From an uncultured virus (IMG/VR IMGVR_UViG_3300034198_008248) (Duplodnaviria; Heunggongvirae; Uroviricota; Caudoviricetes), in IMG/VR virus record IMGVR_UViG_3300034198_008248, positions 62,001-124,257 of that record: DNA of 62,257 bases; one strand, 5' to 3'. The position numbers and the translations under genes were made by a program. The notes under the pieces are model-generated. The model did not search any database, was not told the DNA's origin, and saw nothing but the letters and a program-made list of their open reading frames with translations. Every line of letters starts with the position of its first letter. Positions within the stretch are counted from its first letter, which is position 1. This document shows positions 59,910 to 62,257 of the stretch, piece by piece.

Positions 59910-60635
59910 TTAGTCGTTTCGTGTCCAAATAACTTCAGTAGAACGCTTTCTACCTTTACCAACACCTTTCAATTCGCATAGATCAGAAAAATCTAGCCAA
60001 GATGCTCCATTACTCTCACAAACAATCGTTTGTCCCGGTCTGGTTTTACACCATTCACCCAATTTTTCGTAATCTATGTGTTTATTCGATTTCCTATACC
60101 ATTTTCCTTCTTTGATATAGGGTGGATCAATGAACCAAGTTGCAGGTTCAGTATGTCTTTCAGAATTCTCCCAAGATTCATGATAAACTTTCCAATGCCC
60201 AATCTTAGAAACTGTTTTCGCTAGTCTTTCCCTACAGCCAGTTCCCCAAAAATTAAGAGTCAAATCAGGCCAAATTCTTTTTTCTGTAGCCCATTTAGAT
60301 AATCTTTTATTGGGATTTTGTTTTGCAGATGCTAACCAGTAACCAATAGCCCACTTCGCCTCCTGACAAATATTATAATCATCCACACTTTCACCCGGAG
60401 CAATCAGGGGCAAATTCATGATATCTTCTGGTTCTGATTTTATAAGAAAATCTAAAACACCAGCAATAATTTCATCCTTTTCATATAAAATAACATTTTT
60501 TTCTGGATATAAACATGAATATCCAGCCGCTCCCGCGAAAGGTTCAATGATTGTGTCGTAAATTGGTTTTGGGTATTTATATGCTATTCTAGTCTTGGAC
60601 CCAAAATATCCAAAGAGAACTGTTTCTGCTGTCAT
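59910..60635 (-). CDS. Dam-like (D12-class) DNA N6-adenine methyltransferase
   Basis: YFGSK, IEPFAGAAGY, FIDPPY, EVIW. Confidence 0.85.
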   Translation of the reverse strand: MTAETVLFGYFGSKTRIAYKYPKPIYDTIIEPFAGAAGYSCLYPEKNVILYEKDEIIAGVLDFLIKSEPEDIMNLPLIAPGESVDDYNICQEAKWAIGYWLASAKQNPNKRLSKWATEKRIWPDLTLNFWGTGCRERLAKTVSKIGHWKVYHESWENSERHTEPATWFIDPPYIKEGKWYRKSNKHIDYEKLGEWCKTRPGQTIVCESNGASWLDFSDLCELKGVGKGRKRSTEVIWTRND

Positions 60636-60652
60636 TGAAGGTATTTAGGGTC

Positions 60653-60681
60653 TTGACTCAGGAAGTCACCCGTGCTAGGAT
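60653..60681 (+). promoter_or_regulatory. sigma70-type promoter
   Basis: TTGACT-17-TAGGAT, 6 nt before ATG 60688. Confidence 0.7.
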
Positions 60682-60687
60682 TGGTCC

Positions 60688-61392
60688 ATGGAGATTAAAA
60701 GAGTTCGGTATATATCCGCCACATCTAAGGATAATTCAGAAAAAACAACCATCCACCAATCGACTAGGAAATTGTGTGTAGATTTTGTTGGTCATGCTGC
60801 ACATTGGTATCTATTAAACAATAAAGAAAAGCTATCTAAAAGATATAATGAAGCCATTGAAGATGCTATTTCTGACGATATAGATTGTTTGATTTTAGTT
60901 CATGACGATGTGATTCTAGAAGAAGACCCAATCCCCAAATTAGAGAAATTATTTGATGAATATGATGTAGTTGGGGTTGCTGGAGCATCTAAAATAGAAT
61001 TGAAGTTACCCGCATTGTGGCATTTGATGGGTGGAGGATTTCAAGGAGGGAATCTACATGGATGTGTTCAACATGCTTATAGGGGAGAGATAGGACATTT
61101 ACAAAAATACCCTTCAAACTTTGGACCATATCCACACCGAGCAGTAATGATTGATGGTGTTTTTATGGCTTTAAATAGAGAAGCTATGGAGACGTTAAGA
61201 TTTGACGAAAATAATCCTTGTAAATTTCACTTCTATGATTTAGACTTTAGCCTCAATGCACACTTAGCTGGATTGAAAGTTGGAGTTGGTGATATTTTAA
61301 TTACTCATGAATCTCCGGGATTGAGAGAATTTACAGAGGATTTTTTGAACGGTGAACGATGGTTCTTAAACAAATATGCTGGATCAAACTGA
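60688..61392 (+). CDS. GT-A glycosyltransferase-like protein
   Basis: YNEAI, LVHDDV, GVAGA, IDGVFMA, FHFYDLD, HESPG. Confidence 0.82.
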   Translation: MEIKRVRYISATSKDNSEKTTIHQSTRKLCVDFVGHAAHWYLLNNKEKLSKRYNEAIEDAISDDIDCLILVHDDVILEEDPIPKLEKLFDEYDVVGVAGASKIELKLPALWHLMGGGFQGGNLHGCVQHAYRGEIGHLQKYPSNFGPYPHRAVMIDGVFMALNREAMETLRFDENNPCKFHFYDLDFSLNAHLAGLKVGVGDILITHESPGLREFTEDFLNGERWFLNKYAGSN

Positions 61393-61597
61393 ATTAATTG
61401 CGGAATTGGTTTCATTCCACCAAAAATTAATAATCTTAGCCTTGAGATCAGATGATAATTATAGAAATTATCGCGGAGTATCAACAGAAGAGATTTTTGA
61501 GTTAGAAAAGAAATTGAATTATAGATATTTGGATTTACCAAAGGATTTACAGGATAAAATAATAGAGGTTAGAAAAGAGAAATACGGAATAATATGA
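61376..61597 (+). CDS. Hypothetical protein
   Basis: 73 aa packed ORF. Confidence 0.55.
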   Translation: MLDQTELIAELVSFHQKLIILALRSDDNYRNYRGVSTEEIFELEKKLNYRYLDLPKDLQDKIIEVRKEKYGII

Positions 61598-62103
61598 CAG
61601 ATGAAGAAATAAAAGATGCTTGTTCTTTGGGTAAGATTAAAGATATGCAAGTTAATGTGGATCAGATAAGAGAAAATAGGAAAAAAATCTGTAATGATGA
61701 GGAAAAAAATAAACACGATGCTGTAGAGAAAGCATTGTCTCTATTATCACAAGCGGGTGTGATGGCATACATATATGCGGATCTTCCTAATATGTTGCAT
61801 CCATCGACTATACCTAGCATATACCAATTTAATACAATTTTATCTCTGTGTAAATTTGATGAGGATGGTAATCAAACTAAAGAATCAATGGAAAGATTGT
61901 CGATTTATAACAGTTTCTTATGGTTGACATTATTCGAGACGATAACAAATCAATCAAATATCGCTCAACATCTAGGTTTAGATAAACTAGATAGATCTGA
62001 CCCAAAAACGATAGTCAAGAAAATGGATTTCTTTACAAAATTTATGTGGGAATGTTTATATACAGCAAACGAATACGGTAAAAAACATAAAGATGACCCT
62101 TGA
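61594..62103 (+). CDS. Hypothetical protein
   Basis: 169 aa packed ORF. Confidence 0.65.
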   Translation: MTDEEIKDACSLGKIKDMQVNVDQIRENRKKICNDEEKNKHDAVEKALSLLSQAGVMAYIYADLPNMLHPSTIPSIYQFNTILSLCKFDEDGNQTKESMERLSIYNSFLWLTLFETITNQSNIAQHLGLDKLDRSDPKTIVKKMDFFTKFMWECLYTANEYGKKHKDDP

Positions 62104-62257
62104 CTTGGATTTTTTTGAAACTGTGATAGCATATAAAGCGATCACTGACCCTGTATACTTAAACACTATTGCAGATTATGTAAAACCAGAATACTTTGAA
62201 AACCAAAACATAGCCGAATACTTCAAAATCGTAAATGACTTTTACGAAAAGAGAAAA
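62093..62257 (+). CDS. gp41: Replicative helicase, N-terminus (runs off the window)
   Basis: MTLDLDFFETVIAYKAITDPVYLNTIADYVKPEYFEN...DFYEKR resembles DnaB/gp41 N-termini; follows the uvsX region. Confidence 0.65.
   Translation, partial: MTLDLDFFETVIAYKAITDPVYLNTIADYVKPEYFENQNIAEYFKIVNDFYEKRK

Noticed and set aside
3039..61716. Numerous 60-130 aa ORFs antisense to or nested in recognised genes
   Set aside because: No motifs or promoters; typical shadow ORFs.
1..62257. tRNA, rRNA, self-splicing introns or inteins
   Set aside because: No cloverleaf/T-loop motifs noticed; nrdJ, gp43, uvsX, gp20 and gp23 appear uninterrupted. A covariance-model scan is needed to exclude them fully.

Overview
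AT-rich fragment of a large T4-like (Tevenvirinae/Kyanoviridae-type) myophage genome; standard genetic code. The left two-thirds is mostly minus strand: a partial SNF2-like helicase, class II RNR, ClpP, a split gp5-like spike, the head module (gp23, gp22, gp21, gp4, gp13, gp20, gp15), a fibre, a DinG helicase, GroES, gp62, a glycosyltransferase/FkbM island, phoH and many small putative internal head proteins. After a structured non-coding element at ~42.6 kb the genes switch to plus strand: uvsY, uvsW, gp55, gp47, gp46, a GT, gp43, uvsX and the start of gp41. Four to five free-standing homing endonucleases are present, several with scars. Most notable: (1) a stand-alone mini-gene matching only the Gol-peptide segment of the major capsid protein, under an early-type promoter; (2) a basic modular polypeptide between gp21 and gp22 with an ArfA-like KKGKGSY module; (3) a recurring TAAATA-N5-ATG and sigma70 -10-N6..9-ATG layout implying leaderless mRNAs; (4) an endonuclease insertion flanked by two synonymously recoded copies of its target gene's 3' end; (5) a candidate replication origin near uvsY. 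All assignments come from motif recognition by eye; no searches were run.
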